Source: Bacteroidales bacterium
GTDB taxonomy: Bacteria; Bacteroidota; Bacteroidia; Bacteroidales; UBA3663
Direction of reading: 5' to 3'
Length of the DNA stretch: 64,000 nt
Assembly: GCA_045629225.1 (NCBI GenBank)
Contig: JAZQQU010000095.1
Span: 8,055-72,054, forward strand
The notes under the pieces are model-generated. The model had not been told where the DNA came from, ran no database searches, and saw nothing but the letters and a program-made list of their open reading frames with translations. The translations under genes were made by a program, and so were the position numbers. The first letter of the stretch is position 1; every line of letters begins with the position of its first letter. Below are positions 1 through 9,504 of the stretch, in pieces.

Positions 1-516
1 AGTAGAGGCAGTTGCCTCTGGGAATGGATACTTGCCGTGCATCTCCTTGACAAAATACTTGCGGAAGGGGATGAGGAAGAGGATACCGATGACACCGCCT
101 AGCAGTGAAGCCAGAAAGACCTCGAGGAATGAGACGCTGATCTGTGCATCAGGGAACTTCGAGTCAAGAATGTAGAGGGCTGGCAGAGTGAAAATGGCAC
201 CGGCCACAATCATGCCAGAGCAGGCACCGATGGATTGGATGATGACATTCTCGCCCAGAGGGTCCTTGCGCTTGGTGGCGCTGGCAAGGCCTACGGCAAT
301 GATGGTGATAGGGATGGCTGCTTCGAATACCTGACCGACCTTGAGGCCGAGGTAAGCTGTGGCAGCACTGAAGATGACGGCCATGAGCAGACCCCAGACG
401 AGCGACCAGGTGGTCACCTCGCGAGGGTTGGCTTTGGCTGGCATCAGAGGCTGGTACTCTTCGCCTGGGCGCAGTTCGCGCATTGAATTTTCGGGGAGTC
501 CTTTTTTCTGTTCCAT
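1..516 (-). CDS. OPT-family oligopeptide transporter, N-terminal part (gene continues beyond the left edge)
   Basis: Absent from the ORF track because it has no in-window stop. My reverse-strand translation from ATG 516..514 reads MEQKKGLPENSMRELRPGEEYQPLMPAKANPREVTTWSLVWGLLMAVIFSAATAYLGLKVGQVFEAAIPITIIAVGL... and stays open to position 1. The hydrophobic TM pattern and the AYLGLKVG region resemble bacterial OPT transporters. Confidence 0.65.
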   Translation of the reverse strand, partial: MEQKKGLPENSMRELRPGEEYQPLMPAKANPREVTTWSLVWGLLMAVIFSAATAYLGLKVGQVFEAAIPITIIAVGLASATKRKDPLGENVIIQSIGACSGMIVAGAIFTLPALYILDSKFPDAQISVSFLEVFLASLLGGVIGILFLIPFRKYFVKEMHGKYPFPEATAST

Positions 517-621
517 TGTGATTATTTTTGTTATGTTATTTTTGTTCTTTTGTTGTCTTGATGCTGCTGATGATGGGGACCAACGAAAACCGACTGGAAT
601 GGGGTCTCACAGTTGAGGCAC

Positions 622-1449
622 TCAGGTGCGGCGGAGTTGCCAGAGGCACGATTCGAAGTCAATGCCCGTGTTGGTGGGACCAGGGGTCTTAAGAGTTTCG
701 ATCAAGGCCTTGCGAACGAAATGAGAGGCTCGCTTTACTGACTGGGGGAATGGTACGCCATTGACGGCATCGGCTCCGAGGATGGAGGCGAAGACATCGC
801 CTGTTCCCGAGCGTGTCTGCTCGACGATCATCTGGCGCTGGAACTCCATCTCCTGTCCTTCGTCGGCTACCGCGTTTCCGATGTAGTTTTCGCCCATCTT
901 AATACCTGTAATTACGAGTTTCCGCGCACCCATACCCATGAGCTGCTTGGCCATGATAGCCAGCTCGGTGTGTTTCCATCCGCTCTCCTTATAGGGGGTG
1001 TCGGTGAGGAAGCAGGCCTCGGTGAGATTGGGTGTGATAATGTCTGCGTAGGCCAGGAGTTTCTTCATTTCCTCGCACATCTGGCGTGTGTAAGTGGGGT
1101 AGATGTGACCGTTGTCGCCCATCACAGGATCGACCAGGACAATGGTCTCTGGACGCCGGAAGTCCTTGATAAACTGTTCCACAATGCCAATCTGTTGGGC
1201 CGAACCTAAGAAACCGGTCATGATGGCGTTGAAATGCAGGTCGAGTTTCTTCCATTCTTCAATGTAGAGAGGCATCTTGTCGGTGAAATCCTCGCGAAAG
1301 AAACTAGGGAAACCCGTGTGGTTGGAGAAGATGGCCGTGGGCAGCGGGCAACCCTGCACACCCAGATGGCTCACAATGGGCTGAATGACCGAGATGCTGC
1401 AGCGGCCATACCCCGAGATGTCATTGATGATTGCTATCTTTTTACTCAT
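622..1449 (-). CDS. pdxK: pyridoxal/pyridoxamine kinase (ribokinase fold)
   Basis: The track ORF 622..1461 starts at a TTG. The first ATG (1449) gives MSKKIAIINDISGYGRCS... Motifs VLVDPVMGDNG and the C-terminal RSGTGDVFASIL anion-hole motif are typical of PdxK/PdxY. Confidence 0.8.
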   Translation of the reverse strand: MSKKIAIINDISGYGRCSISVIQPIVSHLGVQGCPLPTAIFSNHTGFPSFFREDFTDKMPLYIEEWKKLDLHFNAIMTGFLGSAQQIGIVEQFIKDFRRPETIVLVDPVMGDNGHIYPTYTRQMCEEMKKLLAYADIITPNLTEACFLTDTPYKESGWKHTELAIMAKQLMGMGARKLVITGIKMGENYIGNAVADEGQEMEFQRQMIVEQTRSGTGDVFASILGADAVNGVPFPQSVKRASHFVRKALIETLKTPGPTNTGIDFESCLWQLRRT

Positions 1450-1491
1450 TGATACTTTCAAACTTATCGTTCTTTCGATTTTTCGTGTTCC

Positions 1492-3906
1492 TTACATCGG
1501 ATCAACATCATAATAGAAAACGATGCGGGCAAATTCCTGTTTGTTCTGTTGCATATAATCTTGAATCTGTATGAGGAGACGTCGCACCTCGGTGGTTGAG
1601 GCCTCACGTTCCACTTTAAGAAGAATCTGACGTATATACATATTCTTAATACGCGCGATGCCGGGACTTTCTGGCCCCAGTACGCGTTGTCCGAAGGTTT
1701 GGCGGAGGTGGTCAGCATATTGCACGGCCAGCTTTTCCAATCTGTCTTCGTAGCGTCCCTTCAGGTAAATCATGATCAGACGCGTGAAAGGAGGATAGCC
1801 GAAGCGTTGGCGATCGCGCAGCTGTGTCTCTGCCATCTGCTCGTAGTCATGGTTCACAACCTGTCGGAGCAATGGATGTTGCACGTCGCCACACTGAATA
1901 ATCACCTCGCCCTCTTCGCCTTTACGTCGGCCAGCGCGACCTGCCACCTGCTCCATGAGCTGGAATGCTCGTTCGTGCGAGCGGAAGTCCGGGAAGTTCA
2001 TAAGCGCGTCGGCATTGAGGATGCCCACAGTCTGAACCTCGCTGAAGTCGAGGCCCTTCGAGATCATTTGAGTGCCTATCAGTACGTTCGAACGTTTTTG
2101 CTCGAAGTCCTGGATGATACGTTCATAGCTCTTGCGTGACCCCGTGGTGTCAGTGTCCATACGAACGGGCTTGGCCAGAGGTACCAGACTCTGGAGTGTC
2201 TCCTCTATACGTTCGGTGCCAAATCCCTGTCCGTTGAGCTTACGACAACCACATAACGGACAACTGGCCGGCCAGGGCATTTGATAGCCGCAATAGTGGC
2301 ATTGGAGCAAACGGGTGCGCTTGTGGTAAGTGAGCGTCACGTCGCACCGTGGACAACGTGGTGTCCAGCCACACTGTACGCACTCCACCTGCTGAGCATA
2401 GCCACGTCGGTTCTGAAACAGAATGGCTTGCTTGCCTGCCATCAGTGTCTGTTCGAGGCGTTTCAGCAGGAGAGAGGTGAAAGGTTCCTGAGTGACGTTG
2501 TTTTGCTGTTTTGCCAAAGACTTACTGAGTCCAGATTCCGAGTTGTAACGAGGCACGAGACTAGTCTGAGGCATCGACACACCAGTATGGCGTTCTGTAA
2601 GGTGCACCAGTCCGTATTTGCCTTTCTGTGCCAGATAATAACTCTCCAGGCTGGGTGTGGCACTGCCGAGCAACACCTTAGCACCGTGTCGCATGGCCAG
2701 GACGATGGCAACGTCACGTCCATTATAGCGAGGTGCTGGGTCCTGTTGCTTGTAACTGGGTTCGTGCTCCTCGTCCACAATGATGAGCCCTAATTGTTGG
2801 AATGGGAGGAAGATGGAGGAGCGGACTCCTACGATGAGATGAGGAACTGCACTATTGTTTTGTTGCGTTGTTGCGTTGTTAGTTTGTTGTTCCAGCATCT
2901 TCTTCCAGATCTCGACACGCTCAGTGTCTGAGAGCTTGGAGTGATAGACCAACATCTGGCGACCGAACACTCGGCGCAGTCGCAAACAGAGTTGGGTAGT
3001 AAGGGCAATCTCCGGCACCATGAGCAGCGCTTGTCGCCCCTGAGCGATGACTTCCTGAATAAGATGCACGTAGATTTCTGTCTTGCCCGATGAGGTGACA
3101 CCATGTAGCAGACAGACCTGACGATCGTGGAAGCTCTGGCAGATCTGGCGGAAAGCCACACGTTGCATTTCACTCAGAGGATGAGGTGGCTCTGTGTGCT
3201 GGGGACGATAGGCATCCGCGCCTGTGTCAAGGCGAGAGACCTCCTCTTCGTAGGTCGAGAGCAGACCTTTTTTTTGCAGTTCGTTGAACGTCTGTGTGCT
3301 GGTACCGCTCTGTTTGAGCAATACATCTTTGGGTACAGGGTCAGCCTGATGTTTCTGCAGCACATGACTCATGTCGAGTAGCTTCATGAAGAGCGTCAAC
3401 TGCTGTGGGCTTCGCTTAAGTGTCTCGAAGGCTCTCTCCAGGCCCTTTGTGTCATTGTCCTTGCCTTTGAGTAAAGTGCTGGCTGCATCTTCTTCCTCTT
3501 CGATGGCAGGGATGGCAATGCGTACCATGGTGCGCATCTTAGCACGGAAGTTCTCGCGCACCACACCTTCCTTCCCCTCCTCAGGCTTCAGCTCCGAGGG
3601 TAATGCAGCCTTCATCACATCACCAATGGGACACAGGTAGTAGTCTGCCATCCATTGCCACAGAGGAAACTGGGGATGGCGGATGATCGGGGCATCGTCC
3701 AGCACCTGAGTAATAGGCTTGATCTCGTACCCCGTCTCTGGCCGATGGGGCGATAGAGCTACGATAATGCCCGTATAGGTATGACTGCGTCCGAAGGGTG
3801 CCATCACGCGCATACCTACCTGCACTTTGCCCTCCTCGTTCTCGGGGATGAGATAGGTAAATGTCTGGTTCAAGGGAACCGGGAGGATCAAGTCTGCGTA
3901 GAGCAT
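1492..3906 (-). CDS. priA: primosomal protein N' (replication restart helicase PriA)
   Basis: 804 aa with an ATG start. Walker A LLHGVTSSGKTEIY, DEEH box IIVDEEHE, and the Cys-rich Zn insert CVQCGWTPRCPRCDVTLTYHKRTRLLQCHYCGYQMPWPASCPLCG diagnostic of PriA. Confidence 0.9.
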   Translation of the reverse strand: MLYADLILPVPLNQTFTYLIPENEEGKVQVGMRVMAPFGRSHTYTGIIVALSPHRPETGYEIKPITQVLDDAPIIRHPQFPLWQWMADYYLCPIGDVMKAALPSELKPEEGKEGVVRENFRAKMRTMVRIAIPAIEEEEDAASTLLKGKDNDTKGLERAFETLKRSPQQLTLFMKLLDMSHVLQKHQADPVPKDVLLKQSGTSTQTFNELQKKGLLSTYEEEVSRLDTGADAYRPQHTEPPHPLSEMQRVAFRQICQSFHDRQVCLLHGVTSSGKTEIYVHLIQEVIAQGRQALLMVPEIALTTQLCLRLRRVFGRQMLVYHSKLSDTERVEIWKKMLEQQTNNATTQQNNSAVPHLIVGVRSSIFLPFQQLGLIIVDEEHEPSYKQQDPAPRYNGRDVAIVLAMRHGAKVLLGSATPSLESYYLAQKGKYGLVHLTERHTGVSMPQTSLVPRYNSESGLSKSLAKQQNNVTQEPFTSLLLKRLEQTLMAGKQAILFQNRRGYAQQVECVQCGWTPRCPRCDVTLTYHKRTRLLQCHYCGYQMPWPASCPLCGCRKLNGQGFGTERIEETLQSLVPLAKPVRMDTDTTGSRKSYERIIQDFEQKRSNVLIGTQMISKGLDFSEVQTVGILNADALMNFPDFRSHERAFQLMEQVAGRAGRRKGEEGEVIIQCGDVQHPLLRQVVNHDYEQMAETQLRDRQRFGYPPFTRLIMIYLKGRYEDRLEKLAVQYADHLRQTFGQRVLGPESPGIARIKNMYIRQILLKVEREASTTEVRRLLIQIQDYMQQNKQEFARIVFYYDVDPM

Positions 3907-4055
3907 GCTAATGTTAGTTTAGAGAGGAGATTTATGGTTTAGTGTAGTTGTTGAGTTTAGAGTTGATAAATGTCCTGCTTGTCGATACAGCTCTAAATAA
4001 CTATTATCTGCCAGACTGTCTAATGGCTCTGAACTCTCAACTTTCTACCACTTCA

Positions 4056-5633
4056 TTACCTCTTGGGAGTAAGGGTGATGAGTGGGATGAGCATCTCCTC
4101 AAGCGAAATACCACCATGCTGGAACGTATCCTTGTAGTACTGCACGTAGTAATTGTAGTTGTTGGGGTAGGCAAAGAAGTCGTGTACGCCACAGATGGCA
4201 TATTGTGTGCTCAGGTTGAGCACAGGTAGACCATATTCCTGCGGATGTTCTATCCAATAGAGTTGCTTGGACTGAGAGTTGAGGTTTTTGCCCAACTTAT
4301 AGCGCAGGTTACTATTCACATTCTTGTCCCCCACAATCTTTACCGCATTATCGCAACGTATAGATCCATGGTCGGTGGTTAAAATCACCTTGTAACCCAT
4401 CTCGGCAATGGTACGGAAGATTTCCATGGTCGATGAGTGTTCGAGCCATGTCTTGGTCAGGGCACGATAGGCAGCCTCGTTGTTGGCAAGTTCGCGCACT
4501 GTCTTCACTTCGGTGCGAGCATGGCTCAACATGTCGATAAAGTTCATTACGATTACGTTGAGCGGATAGCGGCTTAAGCCCTTCAGCTGGCCCGCCAGAT
4601 GCTCTCCATAGCTATTCTCATTGACCTTGTGGTACGAGAATTCGTAGCGCTTGCGGAAGCGGTCGAGCTGTGTTTGTATCAATGGCGCCTCGTTCAGGTT
4701 CTTGCCCTGCTCTTCATCCTCATCGACCCACAGGTCGGGGAACATTGAGGCAATCTGGTCAGGCATCAGGCCGCTGAAGATGGCATTACGAGCATACTGT
4801 GTTGCGGTTGGGAGTATGGAGCAATAGACGTCTTCCTGACAGGTGAAGTATTCGCTCAGGGTGGGCTGGATGGCACGCCACTGGTCGAGGCGGAAATTGT
4901 CTATCACGATGAAGAAGAGCTTCTCGCCGTTGTCGAGCAGAGGAAAAACTCTCAGACGGAACAACTCAGGACTCATCATAGGTGTGCCGGGCAGAGCAGT
5001 ACCTCCCTTACCTACATTGACCAGATGCGACACCCAGTCACGATAGTTCTTCTTCACATACTTGAAGAAGGTGGTGTCGGCCTCCTCTTTCTGCATCAGC
5101 AGCATCGCCCCTAACTGAGGATCTGAGCTTGCCGACAGTTCGGTCTCCCAATAGACGAGGCGTTTATAGACTTCCACCCAGTCGTCGAACGACCGTGCAT
5201 CGCTAATGGCCATGCTGAGACGACCGAACTCCTGCTGGTAGCCTGTGGTCTGCTGTTGCTGAGTGATCTCGCGGCCATGCAAGTGCTTTTTGATGCTCAT
5301 CAGCATCTGGTTGGGCAACACGGGCTTGATCAGGTAGTCGGCAATCTTCGATCCGATAGCCTGATCCATGATATCCTCCTCCTCGCTCTTGGTAATCATC
5401 ACCACAGGCAGGGCTGGTGACATCTCTTTGAGAGCGGTGAGTGTCTCTAAGCCTGTAAGACCAGGCATGTGTTCATCCAGAAACACTAGATCGACGGTGT
5501 GGGCACGTGCATAGTCGAGCGCATCCTGACCATTGGTCATGGTTACAACGTCATATCCTTTCTTCTGGAGGAACATGATGTGGGGCTTTAGCAAGTCTAT
5601 CTCGTCGTCAGCCCATAGTATCTGCGGGTTCAT
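4056..5633 (-). CDS. porX: PorX-type response regulator (CheY receiver + PglZ/alkaline-phosphatase-like domain)
   Basis: 525 aa. The receiver domain is ILWADDEIDLL...VFLDEHMPGLTGLE...VVMITKSEEEDIMDQAIGSKIADYLIKP. It is followed by a ~380-aa PglZ-like domain (ILTTDHGS). Size and order match the T9SS regulator PorX family. Confidence 0.8.
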   Translation of the reverse strand: MNPQILWADDEIDLLKPHIMFLQKKGYDVVTMTNGQDALDYARAHTVDLVFLDEHMPGLTGLETLTALKEMSPALPVVMITKSEEEDIMDQAIGSKIADYLIKPVLPNQMLMSIKKHLHGREITQQQQTTGYQQEFGRLSMAISDARSFDDWVEVYKRLVYWETELSASSDPQLGAMLLMQKEEADTTFFKYVKKNYRDWVSHLVNVGKGGTALPGTPMMSPELFRLRVFPLLDNGEKLFFIVIDNFRLDQWRAIQPTLSEYFTCQEDVYCSILPTATQYARNAIFSGLMPDQIASMFPDLWVDEDEEQGKNLNEAPLIQTQLDRFRKRYEFSYHKVNENSYGEHLAGQLKGLSRYPLNVIVMNFIDMLSHARTEVKTVRELANNEAAYRALTKTWLEHSSTMEIFRTIAEMGYKVILTTDHGSIRCDNAVKIVGDKNVNSNLRYKLGKNLNSQSKQLYWIEHPQEYGLPVLNLSTQYAICGVHDFFAYPNNYNYYVQYYKDTFQHGGISLEEMLIPLITLTPKR

Positions 5634-5663
5634 GCTGCTTGATTATATTGGTGCAAATCGATT

Positions 5664-5885
5664 TCGAGGTGTCGAATTCTTCGCCAGATTTTTTGGCAGA
5701 AAATTCGAGTGCTCGAAAAACTTGACAGAATTTGTTGCGAAGAATTCGAGACGTCGAAAACAACGCCAGAGTATCATATTCACTTTTCAACGTCTCAAAA
5801 AGCTTGCCAGAGTTTCTGGTGAGGAATCCGACATCTCGAATTCCTTACTAGATTCTCAAATTAACTTTCCGAGCTCTCGGAAACG
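5664..5885. repeat. tandem array, exact 41-bp period, ~5.4 degenerate units with twin short palindromes
   Basis: Unit starts (TCGAG or variants) lie at 5664, 5705, 5746, 5787, 5828 and 5868/9. The units contain TCGAG-N2-CTCGA-type and GCCAGA-N3-TCTGGC-type palindromes (for example tcgagtgctcga at 5705, gccagagtttctggt at 5806). The array fills the porW-like stop to porX start spacer. Confidence 0.85.
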
Positions 5886-5886
5886 A

Positions 5887-8800
5887 TTATTCTTGCTCAT
5901 CGGGTTGTTCCGTCTCGTCAGACGGTGTTTCATTTACCACTTCAGGCAGGGCGGACGGTGTTTGTATAGCTTCACCCTCACCATACGTCTCTTGTACCCA
6001 CTGGAAGTATTCTTCGAAGGTCTTGCCCTGGAGCAATAAGCGGAAGTTCGGATCGCTGATGTCAATCTGAGTGATTTCATCGGGCAGCCAGAAGGTGTCG
6101 GAGTCTTCCACGCGCTCATGGTAATCGATGAGCTCCTGCAGGTCACTGAAGCCAGAGATGACCAGAACACTCAGGCCATTGCCCGTATCGATGATTTCGA
6201 GGTCAAAGTCCTTGACTAGATAGTTCTCGAAGTTGAATTTGGCAATCTCAAACAACAGGTTGTTCTTGGCCACGGTGGCATTGAGGGTGTCGGTCTGGTA
6301 CATCAGCGAGTCGGTCTTGAAGGCCAGCAGCAGAACGTGTGGCACGTTGTCATCGTCGAGGAACTGCAGGGTCGAGTCGGCAGCGGCTCCATCGCCACCA
6401 CTACGGAGCGATGTGCCCCACACCATGCCGCGTGCAGTGGTGCCAAACTGAAGCTCGCGACCTTCGCGATAGCCCTTCAGCATCAGGCTGGCCAGAGGTG
6501 ACACGTCGCTCTCAGGGTAGGTGGCAGTGAGCGACTCGAGGTTTTCCTTGAATTGTTCGCCTTCGCCATCCTGAACATAGCTCAGAGCATGGAGGAACTG
6601 GAATTTTGGCATCAACTTCGAGAGTGGCCACTTCTCGTGTACGAAGTCGTAGTTGTTGTGCACGGTCTCGGTCTGCCCCTCCAGATAGGCTTCGTAGGTT
6701 TGAATGTAGAGCGAATCCTCGTGAGCCACCATATAGCGAAGTGTCTCGATGTAGTTAGGATCGCTCACAGCCACACCATAAGCGCTCTCAGGATAGGTGT
6801 CCATCAGACGGTGGCGCCATACGTCGGCCTCGGTCAAGAGACTGCTCTGCTTGTCGGTTTGGCCACTACGTGCAGCCATGTCGCTCATGCGCATGTACAT
6901 TAAATATATACTATAATACATGTCCACTCGATGGTCCGTCTCAGGATAACGCTGCTCGGTTTGGATGAAGGTGCGGATAGCTAATGGGAAATTCTCGAGC
7001 TTCTCGTTGATGATCACACCCATGTTGTACATGCCCTCCTCGATGAGCTGGTTGGCGTTGGCCTTCTGCTCGTCGGTGAATGGAATCTGCGCCAGATAGT
7101 ATTCTCGCTTGTGTGGATCGCTAGTAGCCTCATTGTCATCATCGGTTGTTTCGGCATCGGCTTTAATGGCAGTGCTGTCGGTCAGCAGGGTGCCATTGTC
7201 GGTCAGGATATCATCGTCAGCCCTGTCATCCATGGCTGTGGTGTCGGTCTCTTCGTCGAAGGTCACGGTCTCGGTCTTGTTCTTTCGGCGCCAGTCATCT
7301 TCTGGTTTTCGACTGCCCCATTTGCGTTGGAACTCAGTCTTGCCTGCACTCACCTGTGCAGGGTTGTAGAAGTACCAGGATTTGTCCTGCTGCCCCACCT
7401 GAGGCTGCTGAGTACCTTGTGCCAGAGGGTCAACATTGGTTGACTTCTTATCCTCGTATTCGGCTAGACGTGCCTCCTGCTCAGCCTTCTTTTCTGCCTC
7501 GATGAGATCTTTGATGATGCGGTCCAGTACTTTGTTGAGTTCTTCTTCAGACAGCTGACTGAGTTGCAGAAGGCTGTCTTGCAGCTGCACGGTCTCAGCA
7601 TGGGTCTGTAGTTCGTCCAGTACATTGCTAAGGCGCGATATGCGAACATAGTCGGGATACTCCTTGTTTATGATACCCATGGCTACGCTGTAGGCTTTCT
7701 GAGCCCTGACATAATCCTCTTGTGCAAAGGTGATTTCACCTAGACGCAAGGCGGCAACAGCCTTGTCCAGACCGTTGCGCTTACTCTTCTCCAGTGCCTT
7801 GTCCAGCTGTCCGATAGCCTTGGCCGTATCTCCCTGCATCAGGGCTACATTGCCCAGACCGTAGTAGATCTGGTCCAGATATTCCTCGTTGCGATATTGG
7901 TGGCGCATATTGTTCAGCTTGCGCTCCATCTGGCGCAGAGCCTTGCTATCGCGTGGTTTGAGCTGGGTAGAATCGCCATAGCCAGCACGCTTGGCCATTA
8001 CGCTCACCTGGGCAATCTTGGCGTTGAACTGCGTTTTGTAGTCCTTGCCGCTGTGTCCGAGCTTGCCATACAGATCGTAGGCCTTCTGATAGTCGCCTCG
8101 TTCCTCCAGCAACTGTGCCATGAGGTAGTCACAACGCAACCGCTGTGCCTTTGTCTGGAAAGCACCACGACCCACCTGTAGATATTCTACGGCCTGGGTG
8201 GCAGTCTCCTTGCGGGAGAGAAGTATCTCTGCCTGTGCCAGCGAGAAGGCCTGGCGCATGCTCCGAGTCATCTCCTTGTAGGCTTGCAGCTTGCTCAGCT
8301 GCTCCTGACTCTGATATTGCTTGGCGGGTATAACCAGTCCCAACTCCGTCTCTGCATCTATGCCATAGCCTTGCACGGCATAGATGCGAGCCAGCCAGAT
8401 ATGGCACTCGGCAATGGTGTAAGGCTTCCACCAGAAATGACGCAGGGTGTAGGCAAAGGTCGAAGCTGCTGCATTGAAGTCGCCTTTCATGAACTGCGCT
8501 TTGCCACTCAACATCCACACGTTGTGCATGTAGGGGTTGTATTCGCTGCGCTGTAGCCACTGTTTGTATTCTGGTGTATTCTTGCCCTTGCGCTTAGGTT
8601 TGTTGGTGATGCTGCGACGTTGCAGGGCCATCTTGCTCTTCTCGATGGCACGGTCGAAGTGATTGTTGGCTGCAGGTTCCTTCTTACCCACTTGCTGATA
8701 GACAGGATGCAGCCAGATGCGCTGGCTGAACTCTTCGTCATGCTTCTCCTCCATGGCTTTGAGTCCCTCCTTATAGGCCTCGCCGCCATTGAAGTAAAGG

Positions 8801-8940
8801 TTGTATTTGGTGGTCATAGCCTTGAAACTGCGCGTCAGGGCCGTATTGCTGTTGCAAGCTGTCATACATACGAGCAACGTCACCGCGATGCACGCGATGA
8901 CGATTCTGCTTGTGCTATTATGATGGCCAAATATGCTCAC
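5887..8940 (-). CDS. large TPR lipoprotein, PorW/SprE-like (T9SS-associated) candidate
   Basis: 1017 aa from GTG 8940, with an in-frame TGA just upstream. Signal peptide with lipobox (LLVCMTAC), TKYNLYFNG near the N-terminus, many TPR-like helical repeats and an acidic D/E/T-rich low-complexity stretch. The family assignment rests on architecture and memory, not on an alignment. Confidence 0.5.
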   Translation of the reverse strand: MSIFGHHNSTSRIVIACIAVTLLVCMTACNSNTALTRSFKAMTTKYNLYFNGGEAYKEGLKAMEEKHDEEFSQRIWLHPVYQQVGKKEPAANNHFDRAIEKSKMALQRRSITNKPKRKGKNTPEYKQWLQRSEYNPYMHNVWMLSGKAQFMKGDFNAAASTFAYTLRHFWWKPYTIAECHIWLARIYAVQGYGIDAETELGLVIPAKQYQSQEQLSKLQAYKEMTRSMRQAFSLAQAEILLSRKETATQAVEYLQVGRGAFQTKAQRLRCDYLMAQLLEERGDYQKAYDLYGKLGHSGKDYKTQFNAKIAQVSVMAKRAGYGDSTQLKPRDSKALRQMERKLNNMRHQYRNEEYLDQIYYGLGNVALMQGDTAKAIGQLDKALEKSKRNGLDKAVAALRLGEITFAQEDYVRAQKAYSVAMGIINKEYPDYVRISRLSNVLDELQTHAETVQLQDSLLQLSQLSEEELNKVLDRIIKDLIEAEKKAEQEARLAEYEDKKSTNVDPLAQGTQQPQVGQQDKSWYFYNPAQVSAGKTEFQRKWGSRKPEDDWRRKNKTETVTFDEETDTTAMDDRADDDILTDNGTLLTDSTAIKADAETTDDDNEATSDPHKREYYLAQIPFTDEQKANANQLIEEGMYNMGVIINEKLENFPLAIRTFIQTEQRYPETDHRVDMYYSIYLMYMRMSDMAARSGQTDKQSSLLTEADVWRHRLMDTYPESAYGVAVSDPNYIETLRYMVAHEDSLYIQTYEAYLEGQTETVHNNYDFVHEKWPLSKLMPKFQFLHALSYVQDGEGEQFKENLESLTATYPESDVSPLASLMLKGYREGRELQFGTTARGMVWGTSLRSGGDGAAADSTLQFLDDDNVPHVLLLAFKTDSLMYQTDTLNATVAKNNLLFEIAKFNFENYLVKDFDLEIIDTGNGLSVLVISGFSDLQELIDYHERVEDSDTFWLPDEITQIDISDPNFRLLLQGKTFEEYFQWVQETYGEGEAIQTPSALPEVVNETPSDETEQPDEQE

Positions 8941-8998
8941 AACCTTAGTTCAAAAACAACTCTAGTTGACTCTCAACTTTCAAAACTACTCTCAACCC

Positions 8999-9481
8999 TC
9001 ACCCCTTTACTTTATCACTACTATGGTCCTCACCATTGGCTCCAACACTTTGGAATCGGCGTTCACGCACCACCAGCAGCACCTCGTCCATCAACTGCTC
9101 AGGCAGGTTGATCTGACGCAGCTGTAACGAACGTACCCAACCCGCGACTTCCACCTCTTTGAGTTCGTAGAAGACCTGAGCAAACTCGTCGGCCTCTTCA
9201 TCAGTGTATTCATCGGCCTCGCGACCTCGGTATTGGTCCAGTTCTTCGTCAGCGTAGTAGATTATCTCCTTCGAGACAGCAGCCAACAGAGAGTCGCGTT
9301 CGCATGTGGCATGTTGGCCGCAGCACTCCTCTGGTACCTCTTGGGTCACTTCGAGGGGTGAAGTCTCGTCGGGTTTGGCTATTCCTGCCTCTACGCGCTT
9401 TTTGTATCGCTTATGTCCAATGAGGCTGACGCTGCCAACGGAGAGCAACAGGGCCACAAGGGCAAGAATCAGATAGAGCAT
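8999..9481 (-). CDS. hypothetical membrane-anchored acidic protein
   Basis: 160 aa with an ATG start. One N-terminal TM helix (LYLILALVALLLSVGSVSLIG), then a Cys cluster (EECCGQHATC) and a D/E-rich domain. I recognise no family. Confidence 0.5.
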   Translation of the reverse strand: MLYLILALVALLLSVGSVSLIGHKRYKKRVEAGIAKPDETSPLEVTQEVPEECCGQHATCERDSLLAAVSKEIIYYADEELDQYRGREADEYTDEEADEFAQVFYELKEVEVAGWVRSLQLRQINLPEQLMDEVLLVVRERRFQSVGANGEDHSSDKVKG

Positions 9482-9504
9482 GAATTATTCTTTATTGTTT
9501 TCAT

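Noticed and set aside
4033-4045. Recurring G-poor intergenic motifs. ACTCTCAACTTTC occurs at 4033-4045 and 8969-8981, ACTCTCAACT at 47757-47766, and TTAACTTTTAAC occurs in both the 41.68-kb and 47.78-kb spacers just upstream of start codons.
   Set aside because: My back-of-envelope estimate is that an exact 13-mer shared somewhere in 64 kb (both strands) is expected tens of times by chance, and about 0.5 times even within the ~6 kb of spacers. The orientation relative to flanking genes is also inconsistent. This is probably just A/T/C-rich, G-depleted spacer composition typical of Bacteroidetes translation-initiation regions.
4056-5633. A PglZ domain as a hint of a BREX/DISARM phage-defence locus.
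   Set aside because: The PglZ-like domain is fused to a CheY receiver, which is the PorX architecture. The neighbours are priA and a TPR lipoprotein. No pglX/brxC/drmA-type genes are present.
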